Below, in pieces: positions 35,869-52,896 of a stretch of 64,000 bases of DNA (position 1 is the stretch's first letter; the number at the start of each line of letters is the position of its first letter). This stretch comes from the human T2T-CHM13v2.0 reference genome, Homo sapiens: the NCBI RefSeq assembly GCF_009914755.1, contig NC_060948.1; one strand, given 5' to 3'. Made by a program: the position numbers and the translations under genes. The notes beneath the pieces were generated by a model. It saw nothing but the letters and a program-made list of their open reading frames with translations. It was not told the origin of the DNA and made no database searches.

Positions 35869-36719
35869 AAAAATATGTTATTTAAAGAACCATTACAATC
35901 AAATTATGAGTTATGAGTGCACCACCACTCTCCAGCCTGGGCACCAGAGCAAGACCTAGTATCCAAAATCCAAACAAAATGAAACAAAAAAATACAACCA
36001 AATTAAACTTTGAAGATTGTGTCATCTGTGTCCAGCCCTGCCCTCCAAGCTATCACAGTTAAATATAATGGTTATTGAGAAAACGGTTAGATATTAAGAA
36101 ATTTCTATATGTCCTCCAGCTGAGAATGAGATATTCTAAATGTGGCCCGAATATTTTCTCACCACTACCTTCAGAATCTAAACTAGCAAATCAAATCAGG
36201 ACACCTGCAGAGGACAGTCGGTCATTTTCAAATAGAAAGAGAATTACCCCCGTTAATAAGAGTAATACAGTGATTTTCAAAAACAGAAGTCAGCCTGAGA
36301 TGCAGCACAGTCAGGGCACAACTACCCTGGAATAACCTCCTCACACAGTATGGTTGAGGAGCCTTTCTTAGATGAGCAAATTTGGGCAATATAATTCCTG
36401 CTTATTTATTCCCAGCCCTGGCTTCCTGCCTGATTCCTAATGGCCACCTCACGATGTGGTCAGCAGTGGGGTGCAGTGTTGTGAGAGAGGGGCTCAGGGA
36501 TGGGACAAGGGTCTTTCCTGCTTATCAAAATGCTTAAAAAGTTGTGAAAAAGGTTTCCAAATGTTCTACTTCCTACCTTTAAATAGCTGCTAAGATGCAT
36601 TATACAACAGACTCAGGAAAGGGAAAGAACAAGTGCATTTCAAGTCTCAGCTCACTTCTTAATTAGCTGTGATACTCTGGGCATGTGACTCCAACTATTT
36701 GAGCCTGTTTGCCTGTTCA

Positions 36720-38906
36720 CCCAAGACAATCCTAAGCAAAAATGGCAAAGCTTGAGTCATCATGCTAGCCAACTTCAAACTATATTACAAAGCTATAGCA
36801 GCCAAAACAACTATACAAAACAACAACTACTGGTACAAAACAGATATACAGACCAATGGAACAGAACAGACATCTCAGAAATAACACCACACATCTACAA
36901 GCATCTGATCTTTAATAAACCTTACCAAAACAAGCAAAGGGGAAAAAAAAATCCCTATTTAACAAATCGTGCTGAAAAACCTGGCTGGCCATTTGCAGAA
37001 AACAGAAACTGGATCCCTTCCTTACATCTTATACAAACATTAACTCAAGATGGATTAAAGATTTTTGTTTCACGGGTTATTTTTTGAGATGGAGTCCCAC
37101 TTTGTTGTCCAGGCTGGAGTCCAGTGGATTGATCTCGGCTCACTGAAACTCCATTTTCAAATAGAAAGGGAAATACCTCTCTAGCAATTCTCTTGCCTCA
37201 GCCTCCTAAGCAGCTGAGATTACAGGTGCCCACCACTACATCCAGATAATTTTTTGTATTTTTAGTAGAAACGGAGTTTCACCATGTTGGCCAGGCTGGT
37301 CTCAAACTCCAGACCTTGTGATTTGCTTGCCTCAGCCTCCTACAGTGCTCAGGTTACAGGTGTGAACCACTGCACCTGGCTGGATTAAAGTCTTAAATGT
37401 AAAAACCCAAACCATAAAAACCCTGGAAGAAAACCTAGGCAATACCATTCAGGACATAGGCATGGACAAAGACTTCATCACTAAAACACCGAAAGCAATT
37501 GCAACAAAGAAAAATTGACAAATGAGATCTAATTAAACTAAAGAGCTTCTGCACTGCAAAAGAAGCTGTCATCAGAGTGAACAGGCAGCCTACAGAATGG
37601 GAGAAAATTTTTGCAATCTATCCATCTGACAAAGGTCTAATATCCAGAATCTAGAAGGAACATAAGTTCCCAAGAAAAAAAAAAGAAAAGAAAACCATGA
37701 GAAAGTGGCAAGGGATATTAACAGACTCTTCTCAAAATAAGACATTTGGCTGAGTGAGGTGTTTCGGGCCTGTAATCCCAGCACTCTGGGAGGCTGAGGC
37801 AGGAGGATCATGAGACCAGCCTGGCCAACATGGTGAAACCTCGTCTGTACTAGAAATACAAAAAATTAGCTGGGTCTTTGGGTGGGCCCCTGTAATCCCA
37901 GCTTATCAGGATGTTGAGGCAGGAGAATCACTTGAAGCTGGGAAGCAGATATTGCAGTGAGCTGAGACCCTGCCACTGCACTGCAGCTTGGGTAACAGAG
38001 CAAGACTTTGTCTCAATAAATAAATAAATAATAAAAAAAAAATTTATGTGACCAAAAAACATAAACCTCATTTTCACTGGTCGTTAGAGAAATTCAAATC
38101 AAAACCACAATGAGATACCATCTCATGCCAGTTATAATGGCAATTATTAAAAAGTCAGGAACCAACAGATGCTGGTGAGGCTGTGGAGAAATAGATACAC
38201 TTTTACACTGTTGGTGGGAGTGTCAATTAGTTCAAACATTGTAGAAGACAGTGTGACAATTCCTCAAGGATCTAGAAACAGAAATATCATTTGACCCAGC
38301 AATCCCATTACTGGTTATATACCCAAAGCATTATAAATCGTTCTACTATAAAGACACATGCACACGTATGTTTATTGCAGCATTGTTTACAATAGCAAAG
38401 ACTTGGAACCAACCCAAACGCCCATCAATGATAGCCTGGAGAAAGAAAATTAGGCACATATACACCACAGAATATTATGTAGCCATAAAAAGATGAGTTC
38501 CCGTCCTTTGCAGGGTCATGGATGAAACTGGAAATCATCATCCTTAGCAAACTAACACAGGAACAGGAAATCCAACACCACATGTTCTCATTCATAAGTG
38601 GAAGTTGAACAGTGAAAACACATGGACACAAGGAGGGAAACATCACACACGGACCTGTCTGAGAATGGGCATCAAGAAGAGGGAGAGCATTAGGAGAAAT
38701 AGCTAAAGTGTGTGTGGCTTAAAACAGAGATGGTGGGTTGATAGGTGCAGCAGAGGGGCACGGTGGCTCATGACTGCAATCCCAGCACTTTGGGAGGTGG
38801 AGGGGTGGATCACCTGAGGTCGGGAGTTTGAGATAGGTGCAGCAAACCACCATGGCACATGTAAACCTATGGAACAAACCTGCACGTTTTGCACATGTAT
38901 CCCAGA

Positions 38907-38943
<37 letters not shown>
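36720..38943 (+). mobile_element. 5'-truncated L1PA7/8-like element (ORF2 3' part, 3'UTR, poly(A)); Alus at 37078-37380 (-), 37748-38040 (+) and 38753-38831
   Basis: agaccaatggaacagaacaga, aaccacaatgagataccatctc, gataggtgcagcaaaccaccatggcac...atgtatcccagaacttaa followed by an A-tail. Confidence 0.92.
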
Positions 38944-38944
<1 letters not shown>

Positions 38945-38959
38945 CAGAAAGGCACTAAG

Positions 38960-39290
38960 GTTGAGGGGGAGTGGGGGTAGGGGCAGGAGTGGGGGTAGGG
39001 GCGGGAGTGGGTGGGCCCTGGAACTTTATCTAATCCTTGGCAGTGGCGTGGGAACCGTCCAATCAGGCAAGCAGTTGGAGAGGAAGGGAGGGCGTGGCTT
39101 CTGGTGTTTGGCGGGAATTTTTTCTCTCCCTTGCGCTGGGAACTTGGCAACTATCTCTCCTCTTCCGCCTTCTCCACGTTGGGAGCTCCAGGTGACTTCC
39201 TCACAGTCTCTGTTAATAGCCCTGTAATCTGCAGGTACTTGCCAACGCATAGCTAAGATACCAGGACATCCTGCAAGCTGTGAAATGGAG
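38960..39290 (+). promoter_or_regulatory. Orphan KRAB-ZNF (ZNF91-family-type) promoter and exon 1 ending at ATG 39285-39287
   Basis: GC boxes, ccaatcagg (39059), gtttggcggg, gggagctccagg, gccctgtaatctgcaggtac..agctaagataccaggacatcctgcaagctgtgaaATG. The expected gtgag donor has degenerated to gagag. Intron-1-like sequence continues at 39290-39505 and 44765-45360. Confidence 0.78.
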
Positions 39291-39505
39291 AGTATGGGGG
39301 TTTGGCATCCCAAGAGAAGAGAGCAGCCTGTAAAACCGGCAGGACTGGCCTCTCCACGGTCAGCTCCAAGTCTCCTGTGCAGCGTGGCTGTCAGTCCCCT
39401 GTGGCCACAAGATGGTGGCTGGGCCAGCAGTGGGGATCCCTGCGTCCCACCTCGTGCAGTCCTGTCCTCTCCCTGAGTGGCGTTCTGCTGTGCTCCCACA
39501 GCCCT

Positions 39506-39845
39506 GCAATGGAAGGGCACCATGGATCAATAAGGCCGAGAGGCGAGACAAAGAGGGCAAAAATCTTCTTTATTGAGCTCTCGGGCGAGGTTCACTGGTC
39601 CGCAGGGGGAAGGCCAGGGAAGTCATGCTGTACCAAAGGTGCAGTGTGCTTTTATGGATGCTGGGTGAGGAGTGGGCGGGGAAGGGGCAGGGTCGGTTGA
39701 GTTTTGCCCTTCTGAGTGTGACATGCCCTAGTGGGCATGCGCGTTAGTCGGGGTGGTGGGAACAGGAAAGGTGAACCCGGAAATGCAGAGTCAGAGTATC
39801 CGAGGTGGCGATCGCCATCTTGGAGTCTTCACTGGAGTCCAATCA
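39506..39845 (-). mobile_element. 3' LTR (lacks the last ~6 bp)
   Basis: Direct repeat of 44428-44764; preceded on the minus strand by PPT aaaaagaggttggac (39846-39860). Confidence 0.92.
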
Positions 39846-39879
39846 GTCCAACCTCTTTTTGGTTATAGAAAAGGGATGA

Positions 39880-41734
39880 CAAAATCGTCTGGCTACTTCC
39901 TGCTGTTAAGGGGCATCGTTGGGGAGGGGGCCTAAATCAGAGGTTGGCAGTTGGATGTAGGGGTGAAGTAATATCTGGTTGAAAGCGACCCTCGTGATTT
40001 CTTGTATCCGCTGGTGGAGAAACTGTACTAGAATTGGGGCAAAACACATATTATACAGAGAATTATAATTGGGATAAAGAAAGGGAGCATCTGTTGAACC
40101 ACGGGTGAAAACTACCAGAAAGACCAGGGCAGAGAGGGTCGTAGGAGTGTTTTAACTCCTCTTGGATCTTTTTTTTTTTTAAAGTTTGTAAATTGGTCTC
40201 AACTACCCCTGACTCATTGAGATAATAGCAGCATTCTTCCTGTAACAATAAACACGTCCCTCCTTTTTCTGCCATAAGCAAGTCTAAGGCCCACCTGTTC
40301 TTTGCCGTGACCTGTGCTACTGAAGTGATCTGTCACTGTAGGGAGGACAGGGACTCGGCTGATGCCTCAATGGCCAACTGCAGGCGAGTAGACAGATCTT
40401 GAGATGTTTGGATTGAGTGGGTGAGGGCTCCTTTTCCTAGCCCTGATGCCACTAAGGAGGAGGCTAAGGAGATGCCTAGTACTAAGGGTAGGAAAATAGC
40501 CCATTTGCTTTTATTTCACGACCTTGGCTCGGTCCAGGCTAGCAGATGGCTAAGTTCGTCCTGACTATATAGGGTCAGGCTAGGGATGAGAGAGATGGAT
40601 AAGCACAAGGTGTGATTACCAGTTGAGTTAAGAACTTTAGTTAGCATGGAGTTACATCAGAAGTAGCCTCCGGGAGGTGCTGGGGTGCTGGTAAGCATCC
40701 TGGTCTGGTTACACCAAGAGGCATTTGGAGTAGAGTAACAGAACGGGAACTTGTGTCTTGTAGGGGCTGAGAATAGTGGGACCTGTCCTTTTGGGATCGG
40801 TGGTATAGGGGTGGATGAATTTCTTGTATAATTAAAGGGGGTAGGGAGAGGAACTGCTACTAAGGGAGGTCTTCTCAGGGCTGCACAGAGGAAGCAGTGG
40901 GAGAGGTTTTGTACCCCTGTGGATTAGAGCAATTGTGCACCTTCTGAGATTAAAGTTAACCATGAGAAGGGGGAGGACTTGGCCTGGTCAGCTGCCAGTT
41001 GAAGCTGGGTGGCAAGCTCTTTCTTGGCTGACTGGATTGAGGAGGCTAAGTCGGATAAACATGTGACAGTGGTTTTAAGCGTCCTGGCAATGCGGATCTT
41101 AGCTACTGGATACATAAAAGTTCTGTGCTCATATAGTCCTCCATCTACACTGGAGGCCCAGCAGGGGTCCCAAGGGTCAGAGATTTGGAGGTTAAATCCG
41201 TTAAAGCCATCCCATCCTCCAGTGGAGGTATTGACATAGAACATTGGGTCAGATCCTTTTTCAGTACGAGTTAATGCCTCATGGATATTGCACCAGTGCC
41301 ACGGACAGCCTACATTTTCTTTGGCCCAGCTGGTATTGTATTTGGAGTTACTTTGATCATACAGGAAGCAAAGTGCAGGGTTTTTTTCTAGCTGGGCCTA
41401 GGGAAGATAATTTTAGACCTAGGAAAGCTATGGGTGCCTGGCACCCTGCTGGCAGGCATGCTGCTGTGGCTACTAGTCTAGAGGAGACTGCCTGTCCGGA
41501 ACTCCAATTCTCAGTGAGGGAAAAAAACCCAGTGAGAGGGAGTCTGAGAGGGGGCTTGTCAAAGCGAACTTCATGTTGGTGAAAGTTCTGGAGGGAGCCT
41601 TGCCACACCAGTTCGTCTATATAGGACAACAGATTTTCAGGCCAGCGAAGGGTGTTAGCAAAACTAGGGAATGACCAGCTTTCCTCGAAAAGAACCTGCA
41701 TAAATTGTTGGAGCCTGTCATGCAGAGAATTCAT
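39880..41734 (-). pseudogene. ERV env (SU and TM) disrupted by a frameshift near 41385 and by stops
   Basis: ORFs 41357-41734, 40924-41244 and 40063-40281; CFLC motif; ISD NRWALDLLMAEKGGT followed by CX6CC (CLLLQEECC). Confidence 0.92.
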
Positions 41735-41789
41735 GCAGTATTTGATTTAGAGAGTTTCAGTTTGGTTGGGGAGAGGGAGGTGACAGTCC

Positions 41790-42500
41790 AAGTGGCCTGA
41801 TGTTGTGTAGGTGCCCTCTTAAGATGGGAAATATGGTACCAGGAGGGAAGGCCTATAAGTTTAGCTGCCACTGGTGTTGTAAGAATTACCGTATAGGGGC
41901 CTTTCCACTGTTGGGAGAGACCTCTTGCCTGGAGGTCTTTTACTAGTACCTGATCTCCTGGGGTTATTAGGCCAGACTGTCTGGGCTGAGTCGTCCGGGC
42001 TTTGGAAGGCTGTGGTTGGCATGTTCTCTTAGCAACTCCCTTAACAGGGTGAGGCAGGGCAGGTATGTGCCAAAAGGTGGGGTATTCACAGGGAGCTCTT
42101 GAAAGAGGAAGGGGCGCCCGTATAGGAGTTCAAAGGGGCTAAGGCCTGTGGGGCTTCAGGGTGCTGCCTGGAGCCGCGCGAGGGCAAAGGGAAGTAAGAT
42201 TATCCATGATTGGCGTGTCTCAAGAGCCAATTTGATTAGGTGTTCTTTCACAAGGCCATTGGTGTGTTCACTGTTCCAGAAGACTGCGGATGGTACGGAA
42301 TGTGTAGCTTCTAGTTAACACCAAGTGTGGTTGCCACCTGTTTGACTATTTTGGAGATAAAAGCAGGCCAAATCGCAGGATTATCTGTTCAATGAGGGTT
42401 GAAGCTACTACCTCTGCTGTTTTATGAGTGGTAGGGCAGGCTTTAATCTAACCTGAGAAAGTGTTTACTAAAGTAAGAAGATAACTCGATGTATTTGCTT
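41790..42500 (-). pseudogene. ERV pol integrase remnant (RT and RNase H deleted)
   Basis: YLLTLVNTFSG, IPYHPQSSG, GLSPFELLYGRPF, QQWKGPYTVILTTP. Confidence 0.85.
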
Positions 42501-42529
42501 TAGTAAGGAATAAAAGGAAGGATGGTAGA

Positions 42530-42775
42530 TTATGAGTTCAAGAAAGTTATATAGTGGTCTAGGCGGCAGGGCAGTGAAGGCGTCTGGCGGTAGGTGGAGG
42601 GAGTGCCATCAATCCTTATAACAGAGATTGAGGAGGGGCAGCTGGACCTGCTAAAAGATGGCAAAACAGAGTAGGTAGCCCTTGTGTCTAGCAAAAAGGA
42701 AATGGACTTACCCGCTACCTGAAGCATTACCCTGGGCTCGGCAAGGGTGAGAGGGGTTCCCGAGCCTGGGCCTCT
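42530..42775 (-). pseudogene. ERV protease remnant, in frame after the gag TGA (42776-42778)
   Basis: EPRVMLQVAGKSISFLLDTRATYSVLP; catalytic DTG changed to DTR. Confidence 0.9.
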
Positions 42776-43957
42776 TCAGTCGTCGTCCAGTTGGAGGAGC
42801 TGGAGGGCACCTTCGCCATCGGGGGAGGGGTCGCCATGTGGAGACACAGCGGCCACTCTGAGGCTGGGGCAGTCTGACCTCCAGTGCCCCATTTGTTGGC
42901 AGTTAGGGCACAGGCACATTGGTGGCTTGGGGTTTGGGCACTGTTTTGCCCAATGACCTCGATTGCCACACTTGAAACAGTTGCAAGGCAGGCAGGATGG
43001 TTGCTGTTGGCTAGGGCACCAGCTGGCCCAGTGTCCTGAGTTGCAGCACTTGAAGCAGGTGCCAGACGGGGCCCGGGAGATTGTACCGCTACCTCTCCTG
43101 CTGGGGCTCTTAGGGAATGCCGGTTGCAGGGCAGCTGCCAGGGCTTGGGTTTGGAGCTGAACTTTTTATTTCAGTCTTGCCTGTCATTGTCCCTCAGCCG
43201 CCTCCTCTCAGGAATTAAAAACTTTGAACGCCAGCTTTACTAAGTCCTGGATAGGGGTTTGGGGGCCCTCCACTGCCTCATCCAGGATTAGCGGATATCA
43301 CTGCCCACAGCTAATGTGTTAGGAGTAGTAGATGTAGTGGACTGGTATGGCACTACGGGGAGGTGGAAATAAGAATGGGGATAAGACGGAAGCCAAGGAG
43401 TTAGGTGGGCAGGGTTAAAAGAACAAATGGGAACGGGAATTAAAATGGCTGCTGAATGGTGGCAGAAGAACTAAAATGGCAGCAGAGAAAAAAGGAAGTA
43501 AGATGGCGGAGGTGAGGAAACAGGTAGTAAGATGGTGGCGGTGCAGAAGGAGATGGCAGCGGAGAGACTAAGATGGGGGCCACAGACAAGATTAACGGCA
43601 AGAGAGGCTGGCCAGACTTCAAGGGGAAGGCTAGCCAGATGGACTTGCTCCAGTGAAAACACTTGGCGGCAGCTGTCCGACGAGAGCAGAGGTCCCAGAA
43701 CCTTTGAACAAATTTGATTTTTGACTGTTTGCCTCACCTCTGACAAAATTGGTGAGGTCGTTTAGGATACTGAAGTCGAGTGTGCCTTCAGGGGGCCAGC
43801 GAGATTGGTTGTCTAAGGTGTATTGTGGCCAGGCAACTGTGCAGAAGAAAATTAGTCGCTTTTGTTTTAAATCTTGATCGAGTTGTAAAGTTGGGAGGTT
43901 GCGCAGGAGGCACCCTAAGGGGGTGTTTTGCGTGATTTTGGACTGGGTGGACCCCAT
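42776..43957 (-). pseudogene. ERV gag (matrix start, most of capsid deleted, nucleocapsid intact)
   Basis: MGSTQSKITQNTPLGCLL...FFCTVAWPQYTLDNQSRWPPEGTLDF; GPQTPIQDLVKLAFKVFN; CCHC knuckles. Confidence 0.9.
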
Positions 43958-44402
43958 CCTCTTCCCTTTATGGCAGCGGTCTGAGGGACAGCAGAAGCGG
44001 CCTTCTGGGTTCACTCAGACCACGTGGTTCCTGGAGCCTCGGATCGGCTACTTCAGACACAGACGTCTCAGAGTCGTCAGTGCAGATTTGGACTTCCCCT
44101 GGGGAAGTAAACTTGGGTCACCTGGTGATGGACTGGCCTTCCCTTGAGGAAGGAAACTCTCCCTGGTCATGCACATGACTCTCGGCCAGGGACGAAGGGA
44201 CAAAAGGAAAAAGGAGAGGTACTCACCTCGCGTCAGCCAAATTGGACTGGAGTAGCTGCAGCAACTGTGACCTGGCGGCAAGTAACCGGACTAAACGAAC
44301 GGATGGCCGTGTAGGAGAAGCCTGACCTGACTGAGGGACAGGCCTGATCCGACCAGGAGGGGAGTCCCCCTGAGCCTCTGGGGGAGCTTAGGAGCTGTCC
44401 CC

Positions 44403-44420
44403 TCCTGGGTTTCGGCACCA
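44403..44420 (-). promoter_or_regulatory. Primer-binding site, tRNA-Phe
   Basis: Minus strand tggtgccgaaacccagga, 1 nt after the LTR end; complementary to the tRNA-Phe 3' end with one mismatch. Confidence 0.92.
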
Positions 44421-44421
44421 A

Positions 44422-44764
44422 TGAAAGGCAACGGAAGGACACCGTGGATCAATAAGGCCGAGAGGCGAGACAAAGAGGGCAAAAATCTTTATTGAGCTCT
44501 GGGGTGAGGTTCACTGGCCCACAGTGGGAGGGCCAGGGAAGTCATGCTTTGCCAAAGGTGCAGCGCGCTTTTATGGATGCTGGGTGAGGAGTGGGTGGAG
44601 TAGGGGCGGGGTCGGTTGAGTTTTGCACTTCTGAGTGTGACATGCCCTAGTGGGCATGCACATTCGTCGGGGTGGCGGGAACAGGAAAGGTGAACCCAGA
44701 AATGTTGAGTCAGGGTATCCAAGGTGGCGATCGCCATCTTGGAGTCTTCACCGGAGTCCAATCA
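44422..44764 (-). mobile_element. 5' LTR
   Basis: tg...ca termini, cataaaa TATA-like box and aataaa on the minus strand. Confidence 0.93.
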
Positions 44765-44895
44765 CTGAGTATTCTTCATATTGTTCAGGGATAGGAGTGG
44801 GTCATAAGGGCAGAAACCCGACTTGGAGTGTGCGTGGGAGGAGCTGCGGCTGGAGGGGTCCCCATTCTCTCTTGTTAAAAATTAAAGGGAGTCCA

Positions 44896-45660
44896 GCCAG
44901 GTGCAGAGGCTCACACCCATAATCCCAACACTTTGGGGCAATGAGGTGGACAGATCAAGAGGTCAGGAGATCAAGAACATGCTGGGTAACACGGTGAAAC
45001 CCCGTCTCTACTAAAAATACAAAAAAAATTACCCGGGCAGCGCGCCTGTATTCCCAGCTACTAGGGAGGCTGAGGCAGGAGAATGTCATGACCCGGGAGG
45101 TGAAGCTTGCAGTGAGCCGAGATCATGCCACTGCACTCCAGCCTGGGCAACAGAGCGAGACTCCATCTCAAAATAATAATAAAATAAAATAAAAATAAAG
45201 GGAATCCATATTAAAACGTTAACCAGTTTATTTGAGCAAACAGTGATTAGTGAAATGGAAAGCAACCAGCCGTGATTTGTAGTCCACCCAAGGAGCATGC
45301 AGGAAAGGCTTTTATAAGGTACACAAGAAAGCAAGCCAAGTTCAAGAATTGGTTAGAGTTGGCTGGGCACGGTGGCTCATGCCTGTAATCCCAGCAATTT
45401 TGGAGGCCATGGCATCCAGACCACCTGAGGTCGGGAATTCAGACCAGCCTGACCAACATGGTGAAACCCTGTCTCTACTAAAAATATAAAATTAGCCGGG
45501 CATGGTGGTGCATGCCTGTAATCCCAGCTACTCGGGAGGCTGAGGCAGGATAATCCTTGAACCCAGAAGGTGGAGGTTGCCATAAGTTGATATCACGCCA
45601 TTGCACTCCAGTCTGGACAACAAGAGTGAAACTCCGTCTCAAAAAAAAAAAAAAAAAAAA
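44896..45660 (+). mobile_element. Two Alus: AluY-like 44896-45195 and AluSp/Sq 45361-45660
   Basis: Alu bodies with tails; the first has TSD aaagggagtc / aaagggaatc. Confidence 0.9.
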
Positions 45661-45664
45661 ATTA

Positions 45665-46310
45665 CATGTATGGATATATTTCCTGACCCTTAATTCTATT
45701 CCATTAATGTGTATATATTGACCTCCTATTCTACAACTTTGCAGAATTTGATTATTAGTGTTAACAGTTTTATTATTACTTAGGATTTTAATTATATACA
45801 TAAAATTATAATATCTATATGTAGAAATAAGCTTATTTCTTTTCCATTTGGAATGTTTCTTTTCTTGTATTGCTCAATTATTCTGACCTGATTTGTATTG
45901 CAATTTTGATCAGAAGTGATGAACGCAACTATCCTTGTCTTGTTCCTGATCTTAAGGAGAAAGTTTTTAGTCTTTCACCATTGCATATAATGGTACTTTT
46001 GAGTTTTTTATAGGTACCTTTTTTTATGTTGAGGAAGTTTTAGTCTATATCTAGTTTACCAGGTGCTCTTATAAAAATGTTTTGGATTGTTTCAAATTTT
46101 TTCTTCATCAATTGAGATGATCTTTTTTTTCTAAAATTCATTCTACTGAGTTGGTATATTGCATTGACTAATTGCAATTGTTAGAGTGAGAAAAATTGGA
46201 TTTACAACTTTTAATGTTTAAAACAATTCATCAGTGAAGCCATCTGATTCTCGACTTTTCTTGTTAGTACGTTTTTGGTAATTTACGCAGTCTTTTGCTA
46301 GTTACAGTTT
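45665..46310 (-). mobile_element. Old L1M ORF2 fragments
   Basis: ccttgtcttgttcctgatcttaaggagaaagtttttagtctttcaccatt, cagtgaagccatctg. Confidence 0.75.
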
Positions 46311-46939
46311 GCATTAGACTTATTCAGAGGAATAGAAGGAATAGAACAAATATCTACCTCTATATCAATATCTATATGTGTGTTAATATATGGGACAGAG
46401 CCCTTTTGGGTTGTCATGGCAGTGTCTGCACAGGGGGCCTTTCTCAGCCATCTCTGGTATGGTTTAGAGAACCCTCTGTTCTTCCACTCACCTTATTTCA
46501 ATGCTGGCCCTTGTTGGCAACAGCAAGCTTCTGTCCTGCACCAGAGGAAACAGAGTGTGACCCGATTAAAACACTGTGTCAATCTCCTGTGTGGAACTCT
46601 GCAAAGACAGTAACCGGCAGCCAGACTTGGAAGACTCAGAGCTATTTCTGGCCATCACTGCTGCTCCTTATACCCCATGCAACTTTCTGCTCCCCAGATG
46701 AGGCATAGAAATATGTCTGCACAGAACTTCAGCCTTGGAAAGCACAAGATAACAGCTCCAGGGCTCAGAACAATCAATTGAGATGGATGGGTACCACAGC
46801 AGAATTTGCCTTCCAGCTTTGCGAACCATTACCTGGTTTGTAAACATGAGCCATCAGTATTCTAACATCCCAACAGTCTGCTCTTCCTCAGAATGGGCCA
46901 GCCTCATATGACATTCCCCTACACAAAAAATTTGACATT

Positions 46940-52690
<5,751 letters not shown>

Positions 52691-52896
52691 AATAATGATT
52701 TTATCTCTCAAATCTAGATTAGCAATTCATTCACAATAAATATGCTATTTACATTGGTAGTCATTTAACTATTTCCAATAAGCCAACTAATTTCACTGTA
52801 TTCTAAATATGTTCAATTGTGTTTTATTTTCATTTCTTCTCACCTGTCATTCACCCAGCCAGAATTACATCACTTCACAGATAGAACTTTCATTTC

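Larger units (their letters stand above)
39506..44764 (-). mobile_element. HERV-Fc2-type (ERV1, Phe-primed) provirus with two LTRs, partial gag, pro, integrase remnant and disrupted env
   Basis: Direct-repeat LTRs, PBS-Phe and polypurine tract present. Env peptides are nearly identical to the recalled HERV-F(c)2 Env (EESWSFPSFANTL.WPENLLSYIDELVWQGSLQNFHQHEVRFDKPPLRLPLTGF). Confidence 0.92.

Noticed and set aside
39880-41734. Intact, co-opted env gene
   Set aside because: Frameshift near 41385 and in-frame stops (e.g. 40924) split it into several ORFs.
44403-44420. tRNA-Phe gene
   Set aside because: Only the 18-nt 3' end including CCA is matched; it is the retroviral PBS.
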